Shown here: piece after piece, positions 10,820 to 25,774 of the stretch | How the letters are laid out: each line of letters begins with the position of its first letter | Numbering within the stretch: position 1 is the first letter of the stretch | Assembly (NCBI GenBank): GCA_964016885.1 | Contig: OZ024751.1 | Span: forward strand, 23,622,001-23,686,000 | Length of the DNA: 64,000 bases | Direction: 5' to 3' | Source of the DNA: Eledone cirrhosa | Lineage: Eukaryota | Translations under genes and position numbers: made by a program | The notes under the pieces: generated by a model | Databases searched by the model: none | Seen by the model: the letters and a program-made list of their open reading frames with translations, nothing else | Told to the model about the DNA's origin: nothing

Positions 10820-13222
10820 ATAAGATTGGTAGAAGGAGTTCCACAACAGTTAATTCACAATATCGAACACAAATCTAACACCATATTCGGATCCTCATTT
10901 CGTTCTAGACAGAGCTGAGGATCCGATGAACAAGGTGAAACATTTGTTCTCGGTATGGTCTATTAACTGTTGTGGAACTAACTCTATAATATATTTAGAT
11001 TAGCAACGGATTTCACGCATCTCTGCTAATAAAAATATTTTTGATGATAAGGCAGAATACCACAACGAGGTTTAACATAGAGCAGGATACTCGAATAAAA
11101 TTAAATACTTAGATAACAATAACATTATAAATCATCCTAGAATTCATTATAATAACAATAAACAATTCAACTTAAATAGTAAACCAAACAAAAAAACTAG
11201 AACTAGAAACATTTTTTGGTACCCTCCCTCATTCTCATTAGGCGTTAAAACACCTTTAGCAAAGCTATTTTTTAAAGCACTAGATAAGTGCTTTCCTAAA
11301 GCCCACAGATACCACTCTATTTTTAACAGACACACTATAAAACTATCCTACTCTACTACTATGAACATAGCACAAAATATAAATAGAATCAATAATAGAA
11401 ACTTAAATTTAAACCCGAACCAAACAAACCAAAATAGCAATAATAGTATTTCTAATAACAATATTTATAATAATATTACCCCATAAAATGTAACTGTAGA
11501 ATTAAATCAAACTGCCCTTTACAAAATAATTGCTTAGACAAAAACTTAATTTATAAATGCACAGTTAAAACTAGAGACAAAATATTTAACTATATAGGTG
11601 CCACTTCTACAAAATTCAAAGAACACTGGTACAACCACAAACATACATTTAATAGGTCCGATAAAAAAAACTTCCACTTCACTTTCACATCTAATTTTGA
11701 ATTTAAAGGACAACAGTATACACCATTCAATATCTTGGGGAACCATTTCGAAAGCACCTGCATACCGAAATATGGTTTTCTCAAGGATCTGTCAATTGTG
11801 TATCGAGAAAATATTTTATATAATTAACTGTCAAAACTATTAATTTAAAAACAGAATTATTTTCTACTTGCAGACATCGCCAACATTCAACTTTCCGAAG
11901 TATTTTTAATCTATGATATTCATTACACTTGATTATATCTTATACACCTTTAAAATGATCCTATTACTTACTGAGTCTTTCTTTATGAATTTTAAATTTT
12001 TTTAAAAATGATCTTCCTTCTTAAATATAGTATTTTTTCCATTTGATATTCTTTTCCTAATGATACTCTTCTTAATCTATTTTTTAGATGTAGATTGATA
12101 CTCTTTAATTGAAATTCTGAAAGATATCCTCTTTACGATAGTTCTTCGAAATGCACTCTTGACTTATCTAATAATACATTTTTTCCTCTTTTTAATCTTC
12201 AAACTTTTCACACATCTTTCGACGTAAATAATATGTAATTGAAATTCTCATCCTTGAAAAACATATACAAAATACCTTATAATCTCACACAAAATAATAT
12301 ATAATTTTCTGTACATACTTTCTAAGTAAATCATTCATTAAATTTAATGGTTAGTAAATAATATTGGAGTTATCTTTTCATTTACAATTGAGCAAACATA
12401 GACATGATAACTGTATGATGAATTATATAATTTCGCTAAATTAACAATATTCTGAAAACATTTTCAATGTTGGAACACAAATTAGAATCTACAAATTATT
12501 CTCCTCTTACAACTTGAACTACGTCTTTTTTTTAAATATTTATGTAAAATGTAAAATTAACATCCTTCGTAACTCATATGAGAAATGTAAACAATTAATA
12601 AGTGTGGTTTATTTCTATAAAATCACCAAAAATACTTATACTTGCACAATTATTAATCTATATAGATATTTTTATACTTACACACTCTTGTAATGTAATA
12701 ACATAAAATGTACTTACAACTATAATTCTTCATATAATCTAATTGATTATATATACAATATTATAAATCATAATATAGCTAAATTACTTTTTTTTAATTC
12801 TGGAATCATATTCCACCATTCCTACAAACTTATAATTCTTTTTAAATTCACGTAAATACCAGCGTTTCTTTCTTTCTCTTTCTTATTCCTACACATACAT
12901 ATATATATATATCCTAATAATTATTTAAATCTACCTAGCGTCTAAAAATAATGCTTTTTTCAGCCCTATACGTCGACCTCATTTGCATACTCAACTTAAT
13001 AATTTAAAATATTTGACTTTTCCTCTCTTTCCCTTGTTTCCTTTTACTATCCAGGAAAAACTTGAACCGTTAAGATCTTCTTCCTGGATATGTCAATATT
13101 TATAAAACAATCTTTGTATGTTATCTGATGAGAGCGTACCAAAGTTTTGGTACCCTTGAAATATATAATATAGAATAAATATGGTTTTATAAATATAGTT
13201 TCCATTTATTTAATATCATTGT
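10820..13222 (+). mobile_element. Degenerate 5'-truncated Penelope-like retroelement (RT C-terminal region, GIY-YIG, 3' pLTR) downstream of CR copy 1
   Basis: Frameshifted translation gives RISRISANKNIFDDKAEYHNE.., RNIFWYPPSFSLGVKT, HRYHSIFNRHTIKLSYS, CNCRIKSNCPLQNNCLDKNLIYKC..YIGATSTKFKEHWYNHK and CQLCIEK. Imperfect inverted repeat at the 5' end (10837-10980); hammerhead motif near the 3' end. Confidence 0.82.
13115..13175 (+). ncRNA. Candidate minimal type-I hammerhead ribozyme (intact paralog 41820-41880)
   Basis: CTGATGA at 13125-13131, stem II gtaccaaa/tttggtac, GAAA at 13158-13161, TATATA^; short stem I. Confidence 0.6.
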
Positions 13223-13275
13223 ATATATATATATGTTATATTATATATATATAATATAATATATATATATATTAA

Positions 13276-13339
<64 letters not shown>

Positions 13340-13826
13340 ATATAATATATAATGTTATATAATAATAATAATAATCTTAATGGCGAGTGTGCGCGCCTGA
13401 CTACTTGGCACTTTCAAATCAGTTTGTCTACTAACTCATTCCCCCTTTTATTTCGGCCTATCTAGTCTACCGCCGCCAAGAAGGTAATAAACACGCCATT
13501 TAGTAGGACCAAACGACTTATTTGAGCGAAAGTAAGCTCCCCCCCCCCGATCACTGGCCACTCCTGGAGAAAAATAAGAAAAATAACAAACTTTTAAGAC
13601 TTTTTGCTTGGAATGTTTGCTTTTTTGCTTTGATTGCATGTCCATATATGGACTGTACTCCTTAATAAGTTCAGCTAAATTCCTGCCATTTTAATAATGT
13701 TGATTTAGTTCGGATCTAGCCTTCAGGGTCCTGAAACTTTTCATATTACTCCCTATACTATCGTAAGTATCGAGTAATCTGGTGGGCTATGATCCACCTG
13801 CTATCGTACCACATCCTTTCTGATAA

Positions 13827-13952
<126 letters not shown>

Positions 13953-14768
13953 CATATTTGATTACTCCGGTATGTTTGTTCAAGCCTTGTATAATGTAAT
14001 TGTAATAATGTAACAATTATCTGAATAAAATATTTCAACAAAATATTTTTTATTTTGTATAATTTTATAACACACATTTTATAACTCTATTCCACTAAGT
14101 ATGTTGTTCCATGCTCTACTGATTACACTAACAAAGTAAATAGCAACATCTCTTCTCGTGTAGGGAGGTGAGGGACATGAGTCATATTGTTTCAAATTCT
14201 AAATATCAGTGATATAATTCATGGAAAAAACTCTGCATTTCAATATTACTCAATATAAAATGTACTGCATGAATAATTGGAAGACATTATTTGTGATATT
14301 GGCAGTATCGGTAGAGAGTCGGACGCCATGCTTTCCAGCATAGTTACGTCCTTTTACGGTCTGAGTTCAAATTCCGCCGAGGTTGACTTTGCCTTTCATC
14401 CTTACGGGGTCGATAAAATAAAGTACCAGTAATACACTGGGATATTTTGCTGGCCTTGTGCCTAAAGTAGAAACAATTATTTGTGATAATATATCAAATC
14501 AAAATTACAATACATCTTATACTTAATTTGTGTCGTGTAAATAAATTTTTTTATACGCATCATATCTTGTCATATGGTTTAAATTTCATATAAATCGAAC
14601 GGAAAATATTTTCAGCAGGGGTTTTCAGCGGGGGTTTATGCCCCCGCGGAACCCTTTGATTAAAATGAAATATACTTATCCAAGTACCCTGGGCGATATA
14701 GTTTCAGAATTTATATGGTTTTATAACCATAGGAGTAGTCCGTGAACAAACAAACAGACAGGAATACA

Positions 14769-14904
<136 letters not shown>

Positions 14905-15244
14905 GAAAGGTATAGAAAGTATTGTAGCAAGAACCCAACAGTATTCCATAATATTAAAGTGACTATAGCGTCAGAATGGGAAAATGGTTAACATAAGATG
15001 TGCGAAAAAAAAAAATATATATATACATATAATCAAGTGAAAATGATCAAAATGTTATCTCGACAAAGGGAGATTAATAATAATAAAGTATATATCCCTA
15101 CATGCAAAGTACATATAGGGACACATGCATTATCCAACCATATGCCAATGTGGTTCTATGGCTGGTTAATAAATTAACGAGGCAGAACAAATATAATCAA
15201 GGTTTAACAAAAAAGAAAAAGTTTTAAAATAAATTTCAAAATAT

Positions 15245-16107
<863 letters not shown>

Positions 16108-17017
16108 ATATATATATATATCATCATCATCATCATCATCATCATCACCATCACCATCATCATCATCAACATCATTATCATCATCATCGAGAATAACAAC
16201 AACCTAATCATTATCCTTGTAGTCAAAACAAAGATAAAAAAAGAAAGCAACAAATCTGTACAAAGGAACTATGGAAAGAAGTCACTAGAAAAAACGATAC
16301 CAAGCGACAAATTGATACGAAGATCGATTTATTGAATAAGGAAGCGATATAATATATGAAACATCCGGGTTGCTAGAAAACGTATGAGATGAGAGAAAAT
16401 ATATTTAAGTAGCGTTTATTGTTGTTGACCACAGATGATAAGAGTGGTGCTTGTTGGTTTGGGTGGTAATTGTAAATATAAAAATAAATATAAATATATA
16501 TACACATACATATCCATACAAACACTGACACACACACACACACTCACACGTACACGCACACACATACACACACACACGCACACACCGACAGACACACACA
16601 CACACAAATATATATACACGTGTGTGTAAATAATAGTACAGTTACGAAAGTTGTTAGGTATTATGTTCACGCTTGTGTTTATGTGTGTGTGTGCCTGTGA
16701 GTGTGTGTGTGTTTGTGTATTTGTGCATGTGAGTGTGTGTGTGTGTGCGTACGTGTATGTAAGAATGTATACATATATATTTATATAGATATGTATATAA
16801 ATATATATGTATACATGTTTACATAACACGTAGTTACACATATACACACGCACAAACACACACTCACACTCTCTCTCTCTGTCTCTCTCTCTATCTTACA
16901 CACACACACACACATACACACATATATATATATAGTTTAGAATTGGTGTTCGAAAAGTTCTTCGAAATGCTTTTAATTAAGCATACAGTGTATTGCAAAA
17001 TACACTGTATATACATT

Positions 17018-17116
<99 letters not shown>

Positions 17117-17202
17117 GTAGGAGGTGAGTTTTATTGTAGTACAATAAAGCAATGCAGATATCGGATAAGAAGCACTCTACAGTTTGTGGGACTGGAGTAT
17201 GC

Positions 17203-17530
17203 ATAATATACGATCAAAAGATGGTTAAAGGAGTTCCATATATTTTATTATGCGCATTTCAAAAACAAACATCATCAAGCAATAATATTTGTGTTTTCAT
17301 CAGATAAAACAGGAGAACATGATATGAAGGCTAAAAAATACTTGTGGATAGTGCAGCTTTAAATCAACATATGTTGATTTAAAGCTGCACTATCCACAAG
17401 TGTTTTTTAGCCTTCATATCATGTTCTCCTGTTTTATCTGATGAAAACACAAATATTATTGCTTGATGATGTTTGTTTTTGAAATGCGCATAATAAAATA
17501 TATGGAACTCCTTTAACCATCTTTTGATCT

Positions 17531-17538
<8 letters not shown>
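17203..17538. repeat. 336-bp palindrome with two inverted hammerhead motifs, copy 2
   Basis: Centre 17370/17371; hammerhead motifs at 17431-17499 (+) and 17242-17310 (-). Confidence 0.92.
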
Positions 17539-17569
<31 letters not shown>

Positions 17570-18319
17570 TGACTGAAGGCTGACGTGCTTACTTCTAAAA
17601 TGTCTCCCGTGTCTTTCTCTTCTCGCTCTCATCTATCCTTTTTTATATCTTTATATCTTCTTTTATTTCTTCTAGCCGAACCTCTTCCTTACTCATAACT
17701 AACAAGGTTGTGTTGGCTACCCACAGGAGCGAGTCTCACGAATTGGAATGGCTATTCCAACAGGTCTCCCTCACCATGCTCTAGAGCAGCGTTTCCTCCA
17801 TTCTGTTCGCTGGGACCATCAGACAGATATACATAATTGATATTTATCAGAAATTGTGTGAAAGGACCTACAACACTCATCTAAGTTTATATCAAAATTG
17901 AATACCTTTAAGTGATTGTGTGAACGCTCATTGAATAAAAAATACAACAATTCAACACACCTTAACATTAGTTTTCACTTAACATTTGTGTTTCCGTATG
18001 TAATTACCTTTGAGAGAACAAGAACAGTAACGCCGCCGCCATCTTAACATAGTATTTCTTTGATTTGAAAGTTAATAGTCCGCTGGGTTTTGTGGATGTA
18101 AATCCCGCTGTAATAAGGTAAGATGTAAGCCTTTGGTGTTTCATATAATATATTAACATTGTATAATATGTTAGCCATAAAAGAATGTTAAATTTCAATA
18201 TATGCTTTTAACAGACAATTACATCGCTCCAAATGTATCCAGAATAGAACACACACACACATACACACACAGACACATACATACACATACACACACGCAC
18301 GCAGTTACACACATAGACA

Positions 18320-18378
<59 letters not shown>

Positions 18379-19750
18379 CACATATATATATATGGAACGT
18401 TTTGCTGTCTAACTTACACAGAAGGCGCAGCAGACACTTTAGGAGAAGCTTATAACCAATTTGTTGAAACCCAGGGCTGAAATACCAGCTATTTTCTTGA
18501 AACAGGAAAAATGAAAAATGAATTTGCTGCTAGTTCTTCACTAGTGTACTTATCTTATTCTTCCTGGACTGATGAATGGTGAAGATGGCATCAGTTTCGA
18601 ACTGAACTCATTGTACGAAGAAACCAAACGATTTATCCACTAGGTGTGATGTCTTCTTTCAGAGCACGACACTCTGTTAACGCTGGGGTATCCTACACTT
18701 TAGGGATTTAACTTTATCATTTGCAGTGACAATGTTATCCGAGTCGAAGAAGAAAACCTTCCATCTCATACATTTGACGACATCCGGACCCTTATCCAGT
18801 AACATCGAATGATCATTGTTTTTCGCGGATATGGTAAGTTTCTTTATTGAGTTAGTCATTTTGTATTGTTCCATGTTGATATGAGGTAATTATAAAAAGT
18901 AATTATGAAAAGTGAAAAATTATTATATATTACAAATCTATAAACAATGGATTGGTAGTATCGGTAGGGGGTCGGACATCATGCTTTGACGCATAGAGTT
19001 ACGGCCCTTTCCATTCTGAGTTCAAATCCCTCCGAGGTCAACTTTGCCTTTCATCCTTACGGCGTCGATGAAATAAAGTACCAGTAATGTATTGTGTAAT
19101 TGCTGGCCTTAAGCCAAAAGTAGAAACAATTATTTATATATTTATTTATTTATATATATTTATAAATTAATTAATTAATTTATTTATTAATCTTATCCTT
19201 TTCCAAATTATATTAAGAATGTAAAATTACAAATCTATAAACAATATGTATATTTTATATTATTTCTATATTTATTTATTTATATATATTTATAAATAAA
19301 TAATTAAATTAATTAAGTTAGTTATTTATTTATTTATTAATCCTTTTCCAAATTGTATTAAGAATGTCCAAGTATTATTATGGAGATGAATTTATTTAGT
19401 AGTGGATTAAAGTATGTATCTAATTTATGAACACTATTACTAGCTAGTTATTGTGTGTTATATTTATTCAGAAATGAAATAATGAAATGGAAGATATTTT
19501 AAGAATAAGATGATATAGGAAGGTACATAATGTATTTATTTAATCTATTTTATGGGAATAATGTATAAATAAAGTATAAGATCTGTAGTAGAGAAAAGAA
19601 GTTACAAGGAGTGTATTAATATATTAACGTTTTCGTAATAGTTTTATTATCAAGTGGGAAAAGAGGATATAGGATAGAAAGATATATGTGTATGAGAGTA
19701 TTGAAGTTTGCTTGAAGCATTGTGGAATAATAAGGTAAAATTGTGGAATA

Positions 19751-21041
19751 ATAAGGTAAATTTCTTTAAGTCGTTTGGAAGCCTCGGCAATGCAGATGGG
19801 TAAATCTCCGAAATAACAAGATCCGGTGGTGGAGAGAGATGTAAGTGGGTGTACGTTGAGATGCTTGGCGTGTATAAGACGTGTAGAGAAATGAAGGAAA
19901 GAGCGTAAATGCCACACCTGGGCGAGAATACCACCAACGCTATCCGCAAGTCTATACGGGGGGAGGGCCTCGACATCCATCTGGCCCACTCGAGCCCCTC
20001 CCTGCGAAGATGCCTTTCCAGGAAACCCGCGAAATCAACTGACGCGTGCTCTCTCAGAAACTGCCCGATGCACCATGGGAACTGTTGCCTACGCACATAC
20101 GTCGTGTATAAGATAGAATGTAACAAGTGCAACCAATACTATATAGGTAGCACAATCCGGCCGTTGCAGATCCGGATCAAGGAACACACCAAAACCAGGG
20201 CCTCGTCTTTCCGGAAACACATAGCCAAATGCGGAAACAAAGACGGAAAAACCATTGTCACAATTCTAGCGACAGAAAGAAACGTCGGCACGTTACGTAT
20301 CAAGGAAGCACTTTGGATCAAACGCCTAGGGCCACAATTAAACAGCCGATCCGAGAGAAGCGAAATGAGGTGGTTGGTTTAAGTTAACAAACGATGCAGC
20401 AATACACGCACACACACACACAAGCGAGACAGCAACACACGCACACACACACACAGTAGCATTCCACCACACGAACACACTACACTGCCAATACAGAGGA
20501 ACAAGGCAACAACACACGCACACACACGAACACACTCAAGCGAGACAACAACACACACATACACACACACAGTAACATTCACCAAGCGGGCAGAGAATGG
20601 ACTGACAGCTAGCGCCACCCCACTACCACAATTGAAAGAACAACTTCGGCCGCTGACCTCTGCCTGACCGACCCCATTTCAACCGCACGCGCGCTCTGCT
20701 GAATACCTCAGATATTCAAAACAACAAACAGCGGAGGACACGTTTCGCACCTTTCCGACAGACAAACTTTCCCTACCCCCCGGAAAAACCCCCAGTCGAT
20801 GGATGTGAATCCGAAATATATAGGGAAAATTAAATCTCTCCCAAGTTAACTCTCTCTCGTGTTGTTATTTTTATCTTTATCTTTACGCTCTTTCCTTCAT
20901 TCCTCTACACGTCTTATACACGTCACGCATCTCAACGTACACCCACTTACATCTCTCTCTCCACCAACGGATCTTGTTACCCGGAGATTTACCAATCTGC
21001 ATTGTCGAGGCTTCCAAACGACTTAAAGAAATTTACCTTAT
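19751..21041 (+). mobile_element. Penelope-like GIY-YIG remnant with inverted termini, copy 2
   Basis: ORF 19909-20382 has the Cys-rich linker plus GIY-YIG motif; same inverted termini. Confidence 0.85.
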
Positions 21042-21438
21042 ATATGTGTAGTGTCTGAAAGCTGGTCACCATTAACATAGATTATGGTTTAGAAGCTTTG
21101 ATTTAGATTGTATTTTCTAACAAGTCTCTCTTCGATTTCAGGTAGACGATTCTTCTGGTTACTATAAAACCTTGTATATCTGTAACAGCGACTCATTTCT
21201 TCAATAAGAACCTAAGAACTTGAAAACTACTATTTCCTGCCGATATTGTTACTGGAATATTCATCTCTCTCTCTTTCTCTTTCTCTCTCTCTCTCTCTCC
21301 TCTCTCCCTCTCTGTCTGTCTAGCTCTCTCTCTCTCTCTCTCTCCACCTCTCTCTGTATATATATATATATATATACTCTGCCTGTGCATCGAATATTCA
21401 TTTTGGTGCTGTCACAAGTAATTTACTGAATCACATAC

Positions 21439-21512
<74 letters not shown>

Positions 21513-21520
21513 ACACACAC

Positions 21521-21566
<46 letters not shown>

Positions 21567-21874
21567 ACTCATAAACACACAGCCACATACACATATATTC
21601 ATATATAATGAAACACAACTTCCTAATTGATAAAAAAGATGGACTATTTAATATGTTATTATATAATCCTCGTATATGTTAACAATCAGTTCTTATTATA
21701 ACTTTTACTTGCGCCTATAACAGTGACCTAACACTTACTAAATGAAACACCTAAACTTTGACAAATTAATATTTATATTTATTAGAGAAAGTTAATATTT
21801 AATGGAGTGAATTTATATGTATCAGAGAAACATTAATACAAAAACTAAAATTGGCTCGTTTACAAATAGGAAAG

Positions 21875-23080
21875 ATGAAGATGTTGATAAACTATTTTGT
21901 TTTAATCCTGACAGCAACTATATCGCTAGTAAATCTCAGCCCTACGCACGTAGATGAAATTCAACTACATACTAAGTTGTTATCTACTTATAACAAACAA
22001 ATAAGGCCCATTTCGAATTTGAATAAATCTGTCGATATAAAGGTTGAGTTATACCTTGGCAGACTCTATAATATCGATTTTGTAAATAACCTACTAATTG
22101 CACAATACTGGATTATCTTTTACTGGGAAGATGAACTGCTGAGATGGAATCCAGAAGATTACCACAATCTCACACATACATACTTACCGAAAGCTAAGGT
22201 ATGGACACCAGGTGTCATAATTTGTAATTCAATGAAGGAATCAGAAGAGAAATATAGTATTTCCGAGGTAATACTTTATAATAATGGGCGGATAGAAATG
22301 CGGACACAAAAAGTAATAGAGACATATTGTGAAGTAAATGCTTACAACTACCCATTTGATAAACAGGAGTGCCCAATCACCATATGTGTCGCTGTGCACA
22401 AACCTCAGCATACCAAATTTGTATCAATTAATTGCAGGATTCATGAAATTGATAAAAACTACCAATGGGGTATCAGCATGGATGGTCAAGTAGACCCAAA
22501 GAACGACATATACAGCTCCGTAACAGCTTCGATGTACTTACAACGTAAACTCACAGTAGGAATTTTGGCTATGCTAATTCCAGCTATAATGATGACACTT
22601 TTAACTATCTTTGTGTTTCTCCTGCCCCCTGAATCAGGAGAGAAAGTCTCTTTAGCAACAACGATATTTTTATCAAATGTCTTATACCTCGTTCAAATAG
22701 ATAAAACGACGCCTAAAAACTCAAAATCCCCTTCACTTCTGATGTTGTATTTAATGTTGTTATCAATGTGCAGTGGAGTTGCCACACTTGGTTCAGTGGT
22801 TATCAGTAAATTGTATGTAAACCAATCAGCTAAAGAAAAGAATTCATCGGTTTCAGATCAAAATAATACCAAACCTCAGGGTAACAAAATTGCTGATGTT
22901 TCACTAATTTCCACAGCACAAGCTTATCCTGCCATGACACAGGAAAGGTCAAAGTTAAAACGATGGTTTTACATCTCTGACTACGTACGACTTGACAACA
23001 TTTTTCTAAAACTTAGCGTTGTAACATCAATAATAATTGCAATATTATTTGTAACTTTGTTGTTTACAGCTCCGGATTAA
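21875..23080 (+). CDS. Chemotactile receptor (CR)-like Cys-loop ion channel subunit, copy 2 (divergent extracellular domain)
   Basis: Same length and architecture as copy 1. By hand count 50 aa differ from copy 1, 44 of them before M1. First ATG at 21875. Confidence 0.92.
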   Translation: MKMLINYFVLILTATISLVNLSPTHVDEIQLHTKLLSTYNKQIRPISNLNKSVDIKVELYLGRLYNIDFVNNLLIAQYWIIFYWEDELLRWNPEDYHNLTHTYLPKAKVWTPGVIICNSMKESEEKYSISEVILYNNGRIEMRTQKVIETYCEVNAYNYPFDKQECPITICVAVHKPQHTKFVSINCRIHEIDKNYQWGISMDGQVDPKNDIYSSVTASMYLQRKLTVGILAMLIPAIMMTLLTIFVFLLPPESGEKVSLATTIFLSNVLYLVQIDKTTPKNSKSPSLLMLYLMLLSMCSGVATLGSVVISKLYVNQSAKEKNSSVSDQNNTKPQGNKIADVSLISTAQAYPAMTQERSKLKRWFYISDYVRLDNIFLKLSVVTSIIIAILFVTLLFTAPD

Positions 23081-23259
23081 GCAATTCTAAAATATGGGAA
23101 AATAAACTAAACGTACATTCATAAATACATCGCTATTTCAGAGCACCAATAAGTGTGTATTTATATATATAATGAAAGTAGATCATATTCGAAGTTCGAG
23201 CGGGAGCTAAGCCAACAGATACATATAATGTAGTAGTAGTGCACTCAGTCCATGGAACA

Positions 23260-25640
23260 AGATTGGTAGAAGGAGTTCCACAACAGTTAATTCACAATAT
23301 CGAACACAAATCTAACACCATATTCGGATCCTCATTTCGTTCTAGACAGAGCTGAGGATCCGAAGAACAAAGTGAAACATTTGTTCTCGGTATGGTATAT
23401 TAACTGTTGTGGAACTAACTCTATAATATATTTAGATTAGCAACGGATTTCACGCATCTCTGCTAATAAAAATATTTTTGATGATAAGGCAGAATATTAC
23501 AACGAGGCTTTACATAGAGCAGGATACTCGAATAAAATTAAATCCTTAGATAACAATAACATTATAAATCATCCTAGAATTCATTATAATAACAATAAAC
23601 AATTCAACTTAAATAGTAAACCAAACAAAAAAACTAGAACTAGAAACATTTTTTGGTACTCTCCCTCATTCTCATTAGGCGTTAAAACACCTTTAGCAAA
23701 GCTATTTTATAAAGCACTAGATAAGTGCTTTCCTAAAGCCCAAAGATACCACTCTATAAAACTATCCTACTCTACTACTATGAACATAGCACAAAATATT
23801 AATAGAATCAATAATAGAAACTTAAATTTAAACCCGAACGAAACAAACCAAGATAGCAATAATAGTATTTCTAATAACAATATTCATAATAATAGTACCC
23901 CATAAAATGTAACTGTAGAATTAAATCGAACTGCCCTTTACAAAATAATTGCTTAGACAAAAACTTAATTTATAAATGCACAGTTAAAACTAGAGACAAA
24001 ATATTTAACTATATAGGTGCCACTTCTACAAAATTCAAAGAACGCTGGTACAACCACAAACATACATTTAATAGGTCCGATAAAAAAAACTTCCACTTCA
24101 CTTTCACATCTAATTTGGAATTTAAAGGACAACAGTATAGACCATTCAATATCTTGGGGAACGATTTCGAAAGCACCTGCATACCGAAATATGGCTTTCT
24201 CAAGGATCTGTCAATTGTGTATCGAGAAAATATTTTATATAATTAATTGTCAAAACTATTAATTTAAAAACAGAATTATTTTCTACTTGCAGACATCGCC
24301 AAAATTCAACTTTCCGAAGTATTTTTAATCTATGATATTCATTACACTTGACTATATCTTATACACCTTTAAAATGATCCTATTATTTACTGAGTCTTTC
24401 TTTAACAATATAAAAAATTTTTTTAAATGATCTTCCTTCTTAAATTTAGTATTTTTTCCATTTGATATTCTTTTCCTAATGATACTCTTCTTAATCTATT
24501 TTTTAGATGTAGATTGATACTCTTTAATTGAAATTCTGAAAGATATCCTCTTTACGATAGTTCTTCGAAATGCACTCTTGACTTATCTAATAATACATTT
24601 TTCCTCTTTTTAATCTTCAAACTTTTCACACATCTTTCGACGTAAATAATATGTAATTGAAATTCTCATCCTTGAAAAACATAATATAAAATACCTTATA
24701 ATCTCACACAAAATAATATATAATTTTCTGTACATACTTCCTAAGTAAATCATTCATCAAATTTAATGGTTAGCAAATAATATTGGAGTTATCTTTTCAT
24801 TTACAATTGAGCAAACATAGACATGATAACTTGTATGATGAATTATATAATTTCGCTAAATTAATAATATTCTGAAAACATTTTCAATGTTGGAACAAAA
24901 ATTCAAATCTACAAATTGGTCTCCTCTTACAACTTGAACTACGTCTTTTTTAAAAATATTTATGTAAAATGTAAAATTAACATCCTTCGTAACTCATATG
25001 AGAAATATAAACAAGTAATACGTGTGGTTTATTTATATAAAATCAACAAAAATACTTATACTTGCACAATTATTAATCTATATAGATATTTTTATACTTA
25101 CAAACTCTTGTAATGTAATAACATAAAATGTACTTACAACTATAATTCTTTATAAAATCTAATTGATTATATATACAATATTATAAATCATAATATAGCT
25201 AAATTATTTTTTTTAAATTCTGGAATCATATTCCACCATTCCTACAAACTTATGATTCTTTTTAAATTCACGTAAATACAAGCGTTTATATCTTTCTCTT
25301 TCTTCTTCCTACAGATACATATATATATCCTAATCATTTAAAAAAATCTACCTAGCGTCTGAAAATAACGTCTTTTTCAACCCTATACCTCGACCTCATT
25401 TGCATACTCAACTTAATAATTTGAAATATTTGACTTTTCTTCTCTTTCCCTTCTTTCCTTTTACTATCCAGGTAAAACTTGAACCGTTAAGATCTTCTTC
25501 CTGGTTATGTCAATATTTATAAAACAATCTTTGTATGTTATCTGATGAGAGCGTACCAAAGGTTTGGTACCCTTGCAATATATATGATAGAATAAATATG
25601 GTTTTATAAATATAGTTTCCATTTATTTAATATCATTGTA
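23260..25640 (+). mobile_element. Paralogous degenerate Penelope-like element downstream of CR copy 2
   Basis: Collinear with 10820-13222; its terminal hammerhead has GAAA mutated to GCAA. Confidence 0.8.
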
Positions 25641-25699
25641 TATATATATATATGTTATATCATATATATATAATATAAAATATATATATATATTTATAT

Positions 25700-25774
<75 letters not shown>

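Noticed and set aside
19909-20382. GIY-YIG ORF as a stand-alone or domesticated nuclease gene paired with the receptor
   Set aside because: The ATG arises at the junction with the inverted pLTR, copy 1 has lost 126 bp including it, and conservation is explained by recent duplication. Best read as a truncated Penelope.
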